Shown here piece by piece: positions 1 through 11,053 of a stretch of DNA of 64,000 nt; positions within the stretch are counted from its first letter, which is position 1, and each line of letters opens with the position of its first letter. Origin of the DNA: Eledone cirrhosa (taxonomy: Eukaryota). A program made the position numbers and the translations under genes. A model generated the notes under the pieces. That model searched no databases. It had not been told where the DNA came from and was given only the letters and a program-made list of their open reading frames with translations. Location: assembly GCA_964016885.1 (NCBI GenBank), contig OZ024742.1:253828001-253892000 (forward strand). Direction: 5' to 3'.

Positions 1-89
1 CGATATGCCTGTTGCCATCACAACAGGATGGTTATACATGGCCAGCAGCATATGCTAATGATTGCATAATTGCACCTATGATTGTGTAG

Positions 90-140
90 GCATCTGATGA
101 AGTTACATGCATAACCATGTGACAGAAATATATATCATGC
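90..140 (+). ncRNA. Minimal type-I hammerhead ribozyme motif (Penelope/retrozyme-like)
   Basis: GCAT-CTGATGA(94-100)-a-GTTACATG/CATGTGAC stem II-a-GAAA(125-128)-TATATA palindromic stem III-TC-ATGC. Stem I is GCAT/ATGC. AATAAA at 141; the segment ends in (TA)n at about 190. Confidence 0.8.
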
Positions 141-549
141 AATAAAGCAATTATGGTGAAATAATCCCATCTTAACTTCTCTTATTTGATATATATATAT
201 AATAGGGATTTAGATTAACACAATGCTAAATGTATAGAAGCCTTTGAAATTTTTTCAACCTTATTTCTCACAGAAATGCTTGATGGTAACACGTGCAAAA
301 AATACTTATATTAAAACAAACTCATAAATGAGTTCACTGAGTAACAATATCCAAATCGAACATGTTATGGTATGCTGTGGTCTCATAACTCTTGATGGAG
401 TCGTTGGGGTACTGTATTTACAAATAACATTTTCTTGGGCATTTTAAGCCTGGTGGATCTTATACCTCTCCAGGCCTGAGTACTGCAGGTTTCTTACAGA
501 GAATGATAGAAAGTGACAGAGAGGAAGTTAGATAGAGATATAGAGGAAG

Positions 550-710
550 AATTGACCCATTGCTAGATTGATACCTTTTTATCGTCCTTGAAAAGATGAA
601 AGACAAAGTTGACCTCAGTGGGATTTGAACTTAGAGAGCGAAGAGCTAGAATGAATGCCACAAAGTACTCTATCCGACAATCTAACAACACTGCCAATTC
701 CCCGTCTAGA
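550..710 (-). mobile_element. Degenerate tRNA-derived SINE (Nin/Deu-like central domain)
   Basis: TTTTATCGtcc..GATGAAAGaCAAAGTTGACCTCAGTGGGATTTGAACT matches the copies at 21750 and 40711. Confidence 0.6.
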
Positions 711-945
711 ACATCTTAAGACAGATAAGAATTTTAAAAATCTCAAAAGTTTAACAATTTAACAAAGAACATCTTTTAAAAATTAAATTTCACAGCCTGG
801 ACCACAATGCAAATTGAATATACAACTTAACAAATGTTCTCATATTAAATTATAATGGAAAAATTGTATATAAATATGATAATTGATTGACAAAATCCCA
901 GACATCATTATCTTACTGATTGAGGTGGAGCTCATCAAATAAAAG

Positions 946-1055
946 CAAGTGGCTTAGTGGTTAGAGAATTGGATTCACAATCATGAGGTTGTGAGTTTAA
1001 TTTCTGAACCATGTGTTATGTCCTTGAGCAAGACATTTTATTTCACGTTGCTCTT
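946..1055 (+). mobile_element. SINE 5' fragment (tRNA-like head)
   Basis: A-box TGGCTTAGTGG, B-box-like GAGTTTAATT, then GTCCTTGAGCAAGACA core; homologous to the minus-strand head at 5810-5935. Confidence 0.6.
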
Positions 1056-1309
1056 TCTGCCAGGAGTTTTCACTGGTACATAGTATCAGCAATGGAAAGA
1101 CTAATGGAAACATTGTTTCCTTTATCCAATTTGATATGTATATAAACACATTGAAATAAACAGCTTAGTATAATAGAACCAGGGGCGGTATCAGGATTAA
1201 AGCAGATAATTTTATCTTCAGCCACCACATAATTTTAGTTATACCCACTGGAGTTTAGAAGGTGAAATGTCTTAGCTATAAACAAATGGTAGTGTCATGG
1301 TGTGGTGGA

Positions 1310-1710
1310 TTATATGTGTGTGTTTATGTGATTTTGTGTGTATGTGTGTGTGTGTGTGCATGTGTGTGTGTGTGCATGTGTGGTTGTGTGTCTGTTGTGG
1401 TGTATTGTGTGTGTCTGAGAGAGGGTAACTAAGCCGTAGTTAGGTGATGATGGATAATGTGTGATTGTATGAGGAATATGTGTGTGTGTACATGTGTATA
1501 TAGTTGTGTGTGTCTGTGGTTGTATGTGTGTGTGTGTGTGTGCATATGTGTTTGTGTGTGAGAGGTTGATTTGACTGTAGTCAGGTATGTGTGTACTTGA
1601 AGGGCTGAGTTGGCTGTAGTAATGCAGTAGTGGGTTATATGCATATGTGTATATGACTCTGTGTGTGGTTGTGTATGTATGTGACTATGTGTGGCTATGT
1701 GAGTAGACTG
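1310..1710. repeat. Degenerate (GT)n-rich low-complexity tract
   Basis: Visible TG dinucleotide runs. Confidence 0.85.
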
Positions 1711-3384
1711 TAGCCAGAGCCCCACAATATTTAAAAGGACAAAAGTTTTAGTATTTTTTAATTTAATGCTGTTATCATGTTTGATATGAGTTGCTCTTGT
1801 ATGAGTAGCTAACAGCAGCCAATATATTCCCCCTTTTTCACTAGTAAGTTACAGTCAATTTGATACAAGGGCCCTGATTAAATTTTAGGCAAGGTCCTAT
1901 GCAAGTTTAGTGGGTTCTTGGTATCAAGTATATGATATGAACCAAAGTTGTAATGTTACTCAATCGATTTGACCATCGATATTCAAATATAATATATCAT
2001 ATATATTACTTGTCAATACACACTGATATCAGCTTATTGATACTAACTGGGGTTGAATAAGTATGTTGTATACACTTCAAAGAAACTGAGAAATATCCAT
2101 TGAATTAACTTGTCTATTTCGAGGATGTGTTTTTACTTGAAATGGCAATGATTGATTGGATTATGAGCTTATATATATATATTTGTTATTACATTTACTT
2201 TATGTCTCGATCAATATTAAGAACATCGGTTGTCCAAATCAATAAGGTATTACACTTCAATGACCAAAGGGTAGGAGTTTATGTCAACCATCACCATCGC
2301 TGCATCTTGAACATCATCAGCCTGTTAAACCTAAAATAACCTCAGCTCAAAACTCTACACAGTCACTAAATTGATAACACTCATTGCAGTAAGCAACAGT
2401 ATCACAATATTAAGTGCATTATAATTTTTTTTTACAGTGGATCAGGCATGGCTATGCGGTTAAGGAAATGACTTCACAACCACGTGATTTCAGGTTCACT
2501 CTCATGGTGTGGAAATTTTGGGTGTGTTCTCCTTTAACCTTAAGTTGCCACTGCCCAGTGAGTAAAATTTAGTAGAAAGAAAAGTGATTCTTCCTGTTCC
2601 TTATTAAGTATTGAGAAGGTCAATCATTTCTGATATGAACATAAGCACTCTTCATTTTTAAAGAGGACTTCTGATGTTAGGGAGCATTTATTGCATAGTG
2701 GAATTGTATTAAACTTAGGCTAGTCCACTGCTCAAATCTTGGCCACTAGCCAATAAATATATCAATGGATATGACAACAACAACATCAACAACCATTTAA
2801 AGGCTATTTTCCATGAAAAAACAGGAGTTAGCCTTGTGAGCTCTATAATATGAGTATTGTCTGAGGCAATGTTTTGCAGCTAAATACCTTTCCCAGAGAC
2901 AATTCCTTTAAATTGTTTCTTACAACACTCAGCGATATGGTGTACCTACTGACAACGGGATAAACTTGGGTACATAAATCATGGTATGCAGTTAACATTT
3001 TTATATAGAAAACAACAACTAATTCCAAAGTAGGACGATTAATTCTCTCCAAATAACAAACTACACTCTCTCCACCTTCATATATCCATCATTCAACAGA
3101 AGTCAGGTAGAAAATGTACCTGAACAAAAAAACAAAAAAAAAACAAGTCTTAGATAATTAAATCTGACATATGAATATATGTTGGCTCTTTCTATTCTGT
3201 AATATGTATTGTCATGCAATGGTATGAGCTCGTAACTCCTGACATTGTCCTAGGGGCATCGTTGTGATATTCAGTGACTCTTGGGCATTTAAACATGGAA
3301 GAGCTCGTCTGTCTCCAGGTCTGATTGTAGCTGATTTCATCAATAGAGAAAGTGGGAAAGTTGGGGAAGTGAGAGAAAGTGGAA

Positions 3385-3545
3385 GAATTGTCACCAGTAT
3401 GAGACCAGTTCTTTATTTATCAATGTCAAATGGATAAAAGACAAAGTTAACCTTGACAGTATTTGAACTCAGAGTGCAGAGAGTCAGAACAAATGCTGAA
3501 AAACATTTTACCTGACATTGTAATAACTACCAATTTTGCCACTGT
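3385..3545 (-). mobile_element. Degenerate Nin-like SINE
   Basis: GGATAAAAGACAAAGTTAACCTTGACAGTATTTGAACTCAGAG resembles the 21750 copy. Confidence 0.5.
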
Positions 3546-4789
3546 CTTTATAAGTATTGTAGCGTTAGGTTACTACTTATATGAATATAAATGCTCTAAA
3601 AATGCTGAAAGTCAGATTGAAGGTGTCATGCATTTTAAAATAAATCTCCTGTTACCCTAAACCACTGGTGAAAGTCAACAATTTTATATAGAACATAGCA
3701 ACCACTTCTGATGTACAAAAGTAATTGTCTCTTGACTAATGAAGTAACTTGCACTTTCACCACCTCTACCACAGCCTCCAACTTCCCCTCCATCGTCCAG
3801 CAGAAAGTCAGAGAGAACGAAATTCTTTCAAAAAACATGAGAGGGAAAAGAAATAATAATTACAAAATTACAAAAACAAAAAAAAAAGGAAAGAAAAGAA
3901 AGTTGACTGAATAGACCACATTTTCTCACCACCGTCTGGATTGAAGATGTAAAAGCTGGTAATTTAATAATAACCAGTCGAGCAGTGAAGTTATTTTTAT
4001 TCCAATTGAAGAAGCTGCAGAAAATTTTGTATATATATTCTTCGTTTCATTTGAAGTTACTTTTAAATATTCTCTTCCTATTATATTTTCTATTTTTTAC
4101 TCATTTCTTTCAATTTGTGGTTGCCATGTTTTTTTCTCTTTCGCTTTGCACTATTTTTTGAAATATCTTTTCTTGTTCATTTTATTTTACTGTCATATAC
4201 TAATAGATTATGGTGTTTAAACTATTGTTTTAATTGCTTTGCCCAATATTAAAGTAACACTTTTTTCTAGTGTTGGCTTATTTAATATTGAATATAAATT
4301 AGATAAAGTAGTCAACTAAGTTGACTCCTATTGCCATTTTCCCCTACACTCTGAAAGAGAGTTTTGTTGACCTCTTGTTATTTTAGCACCAATGAAAATC
4401 TCTTAAAAATGCTGGACTCTAAAATGATGTTAGCTTTACTAAATTACATTGTGCCATTGCTAATATTAACTCTTAACATCCTGTACTGCATGAAACTACA
4501 TTAACAAGATATTCTTGAAAAGTAAAAACTAGCACTGAGATGCATCACATAAAAAATTGAAGTCTTTATTTCAGTTTACTGCAACTTTTCATAACATTCT
4601 GTTCTCTAGCAAAGATGCTATAAAGATCTGAGTAAATAAACTTCTCTTTAGATATTTTCTTCTAAATCATTGAAGGATAAGAGTTAAAAACGAAACAAAC
4701 CAGTTATCAAATCAGACAATGTTTATATGTTTTTATTTGTCTTTCTGTTGCTGATACTTTCTGGCAATCAGAATTCTTGGTAGAAGGAG

Positions 4790-5020
4790 GTGGGATTTGA
4801 TCTCAGGATACACAAAACCAGATCAGATACCACAAAGCATCCTGTCAAATATTTTAACAATCCTGCCAATTCCCCAGACTTGACTCAAGTGGTTAATTAT
4901 GGACAACAAAAGGATGAAAATCAAAGTTGACTTTGGTAGGATTTGAACTCAATGAACACAAAGCCATATCAAATATTGAGATATTTAACCAGACACTCTT
5001 ATGACTGCCAATTCACCACT
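4790..5020 (-). mobile_element. Two degenerate SINE head fragments
   Basis: GGGATTTGAtCTCAG and AAGGATGAAAaTCAAAGTTGACTTTGGTAGGATTTGAACTC, each ending in TGCCAATTC. Confidence 0.45.
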
Positions 5021-5409
5021 TAGAAAGTAAATGTTACTATTATTAATACTTAACGTCCTGTACCACATGACACCATATTAGCAAGACCTTCTTGAACAGT
5101 ACAAAGCAGCAATATTTATCATATTAAAAATTAAAGCCTTTACACTAATTTTGCAAATTTTCACTGTGATTTTTCTACTAATAAAGATACTATAAACATT
5201 TGACTTAACACATATTTTATTAGATATTATCTGATAAATCATTACAAGAGTTAATTTGAAATATTTTAACTTATCACTTTTCATTTCTACTGGACTACAT
5301 ATAATGTATATGTATATATAGAGATAGATAGTAGAGGTGGAAATGAATTGCATTCACAGGCAGTATACTAAGATGAGCAAAGATGAGCAATAGCTGCTCT
5401 TGGGGGAGC

Positions 5410-5501
5410 ACATATCTGAGGAGCTCCTGATTCCAGAGTAAGAATTGAACATTATTCGATCATTCCTCGATCTGATCGGCAGTGAAACATATGTAATATG
5501 T
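5410..5501 (+). ncRNA. Type-I hammerhead ribozyme motif with extended stem II
   Basis: ACATAT-CTGAGGA(5416-5422)-GCTCCTGAT...ATCGGCAGT-GAAA(5484-5487)-CATATG-TA-ATATGT. Perfect 6-bp stem I and palindromic stem III. ATTAAA at 5503; (TA)n at about 5558. Confidence 0.8.
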
Positions 5502-5554
5502 AATTAAATATGTATATGATGCAATACTGATTCTTTGTTCTCATTTATCATTAT

Positions 5555-5584
<30 letters not shown>

Positions 5585-5585
<1 letters not shown>

Positions 5586-5935
5586 CATCATCATCATCAT
5601 CATCATTTCATTTTACGTCCGCTTTTTCCCTGCATGCAAGGGTGGGACGGGAACTGATGCTGGCTTGATTTCTACAGCTGGATGCCCTTCCTAACACCAA
5701 CCTCATTTACAGTGAGTGCTGGGTGCTTTTTTGCCGTGGCACCTCCACGACCACTTTGCACTGGAATGATATGGACCCCAGTCCCTATCATCTCATTTCT
5801 ACAGCTGAGTAAACTGGAGCAATGTGAAATAAAGTGTCTTGCTCAAGGAAACAACACATCACCCGGTCTGAGAATTGAACTCACAACCTTTCGATTGCAA
5901 GGCCAATGCTCTAACCACTAAGCCATGTGCCTCCA
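5585..5935 (-). mobile_element. tRNA-derived SINE with RTE-type 3' tail
   Basis: Minus strand: GGAGGCACATGGCTTAGTGGTTAGAGC head, GAGTTCAATTC B box, CCTTGAGCAAGACACTTT core, GTTAGGAAGGGCATCCAGCTGTAGAAA module, tail GGACGTAAAATG-(GAT)n shared with the LINE at 32310. Confidence 0.8.
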
Positions 5936-6034
5936 TATATATATATAGGTACGTTATTCCGGGTTGAATCGGAGGTAACCACAGTAAGTAAGGTACTCAA
6001 TACATTGCAGAGTATAAAAGTTTTAATATAGATG

Positions 6035-6085
6035 AGATTCTACAGGACTAGAACTGTTTCATTCTTTAGAAATCATCAGGAATCT
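6035..6085 (-). ncRNA. Hammerhead ribozyme motif (left arm)
   Basis: Exact reverse complement of 6413-6463. Confidence 0.75.
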
Positions 6086-6412
6086 GGGTATCAAAAAATA
6101 AGTATGGTCTTTATAGGTCTCTTCAGGTGGTAGGAAAGGGTAGGGAGTGGGATGGGTAGAGGTCATTGGTGCCACTCCTTATTTTTAAGTTTCTCTTAAG
6201 AGAAACTTAAAAATAAGGAGTGGTACCCCATTCTGAACTTGTTTATAGAATTCTTTCTGCCTTTGTTACTCTAAATATAATTTATAGCTTTAAAGAATTA
6301 GCTTTTAATGAATTCCCTTTTCTATTAACCAATAACCTCTACCCATCCCACTCCCTACCCTCTCCTACCACCTGAAGAAACCTATAAATACCATATTTAT
6401 TTTTTGATACCC

Positions 6413-6463
6413 AGATTCCTGATGATTTCTAAAGAATGAAACAGTTCTAGTCCTGTAGAATCT
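6413..6463 (+). ncRNA. Hammerhead ribozyme motif (right arm)
   Basis: AGATTC-CTGATGA-tTTCTaaAGAAt-GAAA-CAG(ttctagtc)CTG-TA-GAATCT. Stem I 6 bp, stem III CAG/CTG, GUA cleavage triplet, ATTAAA downstream. Confidence 0.75.
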
Positions 6464-6749
6464 CATCTATATTAAAACTATATATATATATATAAGTATT
6501 TCATTGTATTTCTGTCAAATGGTGTTGGATTAAAAAATGTAGTGGGAGTTTTAGATAAATATAGGCAATCTTGTATCATAGAAACAATGATGACTTTAAG
6601 CGATTTGACATCAAATTTGTTACGTGAAATATTGATAACTGAATAAAAAGTTCTTCAAAATGTGGGTGTTAAATGTTACATGATTGTAATCGTTTCTCAA
6701 TCAATGAATATTATTGCTTTTTCATGAATGTACGCATGGCTGAAAGGTT

Positions 6750-7205
6750 ATGAATAGTACACTATAACACTACACCGCAAAATTTGTTACTACCACAAAA
6801 ATCTATGCTATTTTCCAAATTACCTATAAAGTGGTAGTACTGATGTTGTGATAAAATGCACCTATAACACTCTATAAAGTGATAGCATTTATGCCACCAT
6901 AAAACGTACCCAGACCACACAGTACAGAGGTATTGCTGTTGCCATGATAAAATGTACCCAGTTCATTCTGTAAAGTGCTAGTGCTGATGCCACAATAAAA
7001 TGCTCCCAGTAAAATCTGTAAATTGGTAGTGCATGTGACATGATAAAATGTATCCAGTACACCCAGTAAAGTGATACTGCTGGTGTCACAATAGAATGTA
7101 CCTTTACAGTTTTCAGCTGTAAAAATCTGTCTGTAAAAATCCTGTCTGTGACAGACCGTTCAGCCCATGACAGTATGGAAAAGGGACGTAAAAGGATGAT
7201 GATGG
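6750..7205 (+). repeat. Degenerate ~40-bp minisatellite ending in an RTE-type SINE tail
   Basis: Recurrent (GCCAC)AATAAAATGTACCCAGTACAC..TGTAAAGTG units, then CCCATGaCAGtATGGAAAAGGGACGTAAAAgGATGATGATG. Confidence 0.7.
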
Positions 7206-7440
7206 CAATGATTACACATACATACACACATGCACACATGGGCATACACACACACACACACATGCACACATGGACACACACACACACACACACACATACA
7301 CACACACACATATATATATATATATGTATATATATATTAATATAACCATTTTGGAATAATACTAAGAATGAATGGGTATATATATATATATATATACCCA
7401 TCAATTACATGTTTCCTTGTGGTCAAGTGATGATATGCAT

Positions 7441-7484
7441 CCTTTCTAATGAAGATCCAATTAGAGCTGAAAATAGATTAAAGG
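7441..7484 (+). ncRNA. Degenerate minimal hammerhead motif in a TA-flanked insert (7397-7620)
   Basis: CCTTT-CTAATGA(one change from CTGATGA)-AGATC caatta GAGCT-GAAA-ATAGAT-TA-AAGG. Confidence 0.45.
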
Positions 7485-7619
7485 TGTTTATCATTTTCTC
7501 AATTTACAGGAAATTTGATTTTCTGGCATTTTTATATGCCGCCAATAATAGATATGTGTATATATTTATACATGTTGGTGCAGTCTTGGTTATACACTTG
7601 GCATTTATACAGATATGAC

Positions 7620-7671
<52 letters not shown>

Positions 7672-7779
7672 AAGTATATATATCTATACGTATATATATA
7701 CCTATATATAGTATAAGTATATATATCTATATATATCTATAAGTATATATATCTATACGTATATATATACCTATATATA
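7620..7779. repeat. (TA)n microsatellite with internal duplications
   Basis: Direct inspection. Confidence 0.9.
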
Positions 7780-10108
7780 GTGTCAAGGAAAACCGTGATA
7801 TTGTTGGGGAGAAGTGTGTACTAAATGATCATGGCGTACTCGCCATCACTGACGCTGATAAGAAGGTCGCTTGGCAGTGTCACTACGAAAGGCTACTAAA
7901 TGAGGAGAATAAATGGGAGAAGGATAGTCTCCCCCAGATCGATCCAATAGAGGGACCAGCAGTGTTAGTTGAAGGTAGTATAATAAGTAAGGCGATCAAA
8001 GATATGAAGACGGGTAAGGCGGCAGGGCCTTCGGAAATAGTCGCTGAGATGCTGAAGGCCTCTGGAACGGTGGGACACACCATGGTCACCCGGATAGTAA
8101 ACCAAGTCATACAGAATGGGGTTGTTCCGAAGGACTGGTGTAGCAGCATCATCATTAACTGTTACAAGGGTAAAGGAGACGCCCTAGATAGGAGTAACTA
8201 TAGAGGGATTAAATTAACCAGGTCATGAAGGTCACGGAAAAAGTAATAGTGCAACTAATCAGAGAGAGAATCGATCTAGATGAAATGCAGTTCGGGTTTG
8301 TGTCAGGCAAAAGTACCACAGACGCTCTTTTCATTGTACGACAACTACAGGAGAAGTACCTAGCTAAAAGTAAACCCCTATACTTAGCCTTTGTCGACTT
8401 GGAGAAAGCCTTCGACAGAGTCCCCCGTTCCATTATCTGGTGGGCTCTTAGAAAACTAGGTGTTGACGAATGGCTTGTGAGAGCTATACAAGCCATGTAT
8501 AAAGTAACAGTGAGCAAGGTTAGAATTAACAACGAATATAGTGAAGAGTTTAGCGTAAAAGTTGGTGTCCATCAGGGCTCTACTATTCATTATTGCTCTT
8601 CAGGCTATAACAGAGGAGTTCAAGACCGGCTGCCCATGGGAACTCCTATACGCAGATGACCTAACGCTCATAGCTGAATCAATGGCCGAGCTAGAAAAGA
8701 AATTCCAAACATGGAAGCACGGCCTAGAATCAAAAGGCCTTAAAATTAACATGGCTAAGACTAAAGTTCTAGTTTGTAGGAAAGAAAATAAGGCGCCGGT
8801 CCCTTCCGGGAAATGGCCATGCTCAGTGTGTAGGAAAGGCGTAGGTAGAAACTCCATTTTATGTCCCAAATGCAAAGTATGGGTGCATAAAAGATGTAGT
8901 GGGATCACAGGTAAGCTAACTAAGAACACAGATTTTACATGTGGCCGGTGCTCTGGTGCAATAAGTAGCAGCAAGTGCCCACAAAATACTAGCTCTTTCA
9001 ACTGCGCAGAGGGTTCTATAGAAATAGTGGACAGCTTCCGTTACCTGGGTGACAAAATCAGCAGTGGGGGAGGGTGCTCTGAAAGTACAGTAGCTAGAGT
9101 CAGAACTGGATGGAAAAAGTTCAGAGAGCTTATACCACTATTAGCTGCTAAAGGGTTCTCCCTAAAAGTGAAAGGCAGGTGGTATGATGCCTGCATACGA
9201 ACAGCAATGTTGCATGGCAGTGAGACCTGGGCATTGTGTGCAGAGGATATACGCAGACTAGAGAGGAACGAAGCTTGCATGCTCCGCTGGATGTGTAATA
9301 GTAATATACGCGAACGGCAAAGCATAAACGAACTAAGGAAAAAATTAGAAATAAGAGGGATCAGATGTTGTTTACTCGAGAGAAGTCTACGTTGGTATGG
9401 TCACGTGATGCGCATGAAAGACGACAGCTGTATAACAAAGTGCAGAGCAATAAAGATAGATGGTAGCCACGGAGTAGGCAGACCCAGAAAAACCTGGGAC
9501 GAGCTGATAAATTCCGACCTCACACACTTACACCTCTCCAAGACAATGTCACTGGACCGAGACCTTTGGCGGTACTCAGTAACAGAGAAGACCCGCATTA
9601 CCTAAATACAAAGTAAAACCTACTACAGTCAGTAGGCATCGCTAACAAAATACACCCCCGTCCCACCACCCCCACCCCATCCACACCGCCCCTTTCAATG
9701 TAAAGTTATGTTGGTGCCACAAAATCCAGGCCGAAACAAATGAGATCGTGTAGGTGTCACGAAAAAAAAAACACACAGTCCACGCTGTAATGTGACCGTG
9801 TAGGCAACACGGTAAAAACGTCCCAGTCCCACACTGTAAATGTGGTTGGTGTTAGGAAGGGCATCCAGCTGTAGAAAACCTGCCAGACAGTCCACGCTGT
9901 AATGTGGCCATGTAGGCAACACGGTAAAAACCTCCCAGCCCCACACTGTAAATGTGGTTGGTGTTAGGAAGGGCATCCAACTGTAGAAAACCCGCCAGAC
10001 AGTTCTATGCGAGCAAGACAACCACTCTTGCCTCAAGTGGGAAAACCCCCGTCCAAACCCATGCAAGCATGGAACACGGACGTTAAACGATGATGATGAT
10101 GATGATGA
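7780..10108 (+). mobile_element. 5'-truncated RTE-clade LINE with 3' UTR and (GAT)n tail
   Basis: RT motifs NYRGIKL, QFGF, FVDLEKAFDRVP, GVHQGS, LLYADD, FRYLG, HGSETW, LRWYGHVMR, GRPRKTW; tail GGACGTTAAAC(GAT)n; TA tracts on both sides. Confidence 0.95.
7962..9605 (+). pseudogene. RTE reverse transcriptase split by two frameshifts
   Basis: ORFs 7962-8228, 8225-8659 and 8562-9605 are consecutive parts of one RT, with breaks near 8220 and 8580. Confidence 0.9.
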
Positions 10109-10199
10109 TATATGTATAAATATATATATACATATATATATATATATATTTATAGATATATATATATACCTACATCCTTAATTGTCCCAAGCTTCTTCC

Positions 10200-10386
10200 C
10201 CACCCTCCCAGTATACACTGTAGATGAGGTTGGTGTTAAGAAGAGCATCCAGCTGTAGAAACCAAGCCAAAATCAGTCCTGCGTGAGCAAAACATGGTCC
10301 TCCAACCTGATCTCTCAGAAATGAATATTCCAGTCTACCTATGCCAGTGGTGAAACTGGACGTTAAATGATGATGATGATGATGAT
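10200..10386 (+). mobile_element. SINE 3' fragment with RTE tail
   Basis: GGTTGGTGTTAAGAAGAGCATCCAGCTGTAGAAA module and GGACGTTAAAT(GAT)n. Confidence 0.7.
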
Positions 10387-10511
10387 ACAAATCACGATTG
10401 ATTAAGTATGAAACTGGTTAGACCATTACTCACCAGAGTACTCGATACTAGGGGTCAGGTCCCGATGGCTGAGCTCTTGCTGTTTCAACAGCTAATTCCA
10501 GACTCATTCCT

Positions 10512-10664
<153 letters not shown>

Positions 10665-10691
10665 GGGGTAACAAATTATTGTTATAGGTAG

Positions 10692-10819
10692 TCTCACAAG
10701 CTCCGATGAATTGTGAATTGACTGGTTATAACTTTGTATTGGTGATCGAGTAACGTGAAAACAAGTGGGTAGCGATCTCTAGACCTACCAGTTCAGAGAA
10801 ACAATTGTCAGCAATGAGA
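10692..10819 (+). ncRNA. Hammerhead ribozyme motif with long stem II in a TA-flanked insert (10661-10870)
   Basis: TCTCA-caa-GCT-CCGATGA(10703-10709)-..ACTGG../..CCAGT..-GAAA(10798-10801)-CAATTG-TC-AGC-aa-TGAGA. Bipartite stem I, palindromic stem III, ATTAAA immediately after. Confidence 0.7.
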
Positions 10820-10868
10820 TTAAAAACCTTTTTTGTATAGCAAACCGTGTCACTCTTCTTTCCTGATT

Positions 10869-10898
<30 letters not shown>

Positions 10899-10904
<6 letters not shown>

Positions 10905-11053
10905 TAGGAAGGGCATCCAGCTGTAGAAAACCTGCCAGATAGTCCTATATGAGTGAGACACGGTCACCCGACCAACCTTGCTTCAAGTGGGACAACTCCC
11001 GTCTAACCCATGCTAGCTTAGAAATTGGACGTTAAACGAAGATGATGATGATG
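10899..11053 (+). mobile_element. SINE/LINE 3' fragment with RTE tail
   Basis: GTGTTAGGAAGGGCATCCAGCTGTAGAAAACCTGCCAGA...GGACGTTAAACGAA(GAT)n, similar to 9960-10108. Confidence 0.8.

Larger units (their letters stand above)
5948..6479. mobile_element. TA-flanked fold-back element with a hammerhead in each arm (PLE pseudo-LTR-like)
   Basis: Arms at about 6019-6163 and 6335-6479 are near-perfect inverted repeats; inner perfect palindrome at 6172-6223; flanked by (TA)n; homologous pieces at 15443-15581 and 25399-25431. Confidence 0.8.

Noticed and set aside
2200-2340. Minus-strand exon after ttttag at 2331
   Set aside because: All frames from the candidate acceptors hit stops quickly and no product is recognisable
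5860-5935. tRNA gene
   Set aside because: A and B boxes are present but continue into a SINE core and LINE tail, with no complete cloverleaf; the same applies at 946 and 21850-22054
6584-6650. ATGATGA..GAAA-TATTGA-TA..AATAAA as a hammerhead
   Set aside because: The core lacks the first C and stem I does not pair; too degenerate to support
7883-9598. Minus-strand ORFs overlapping the LINE RT, and similar antisense ORFs over other LINEs
   Set aside because: Antisense shadows of RT coding sequence
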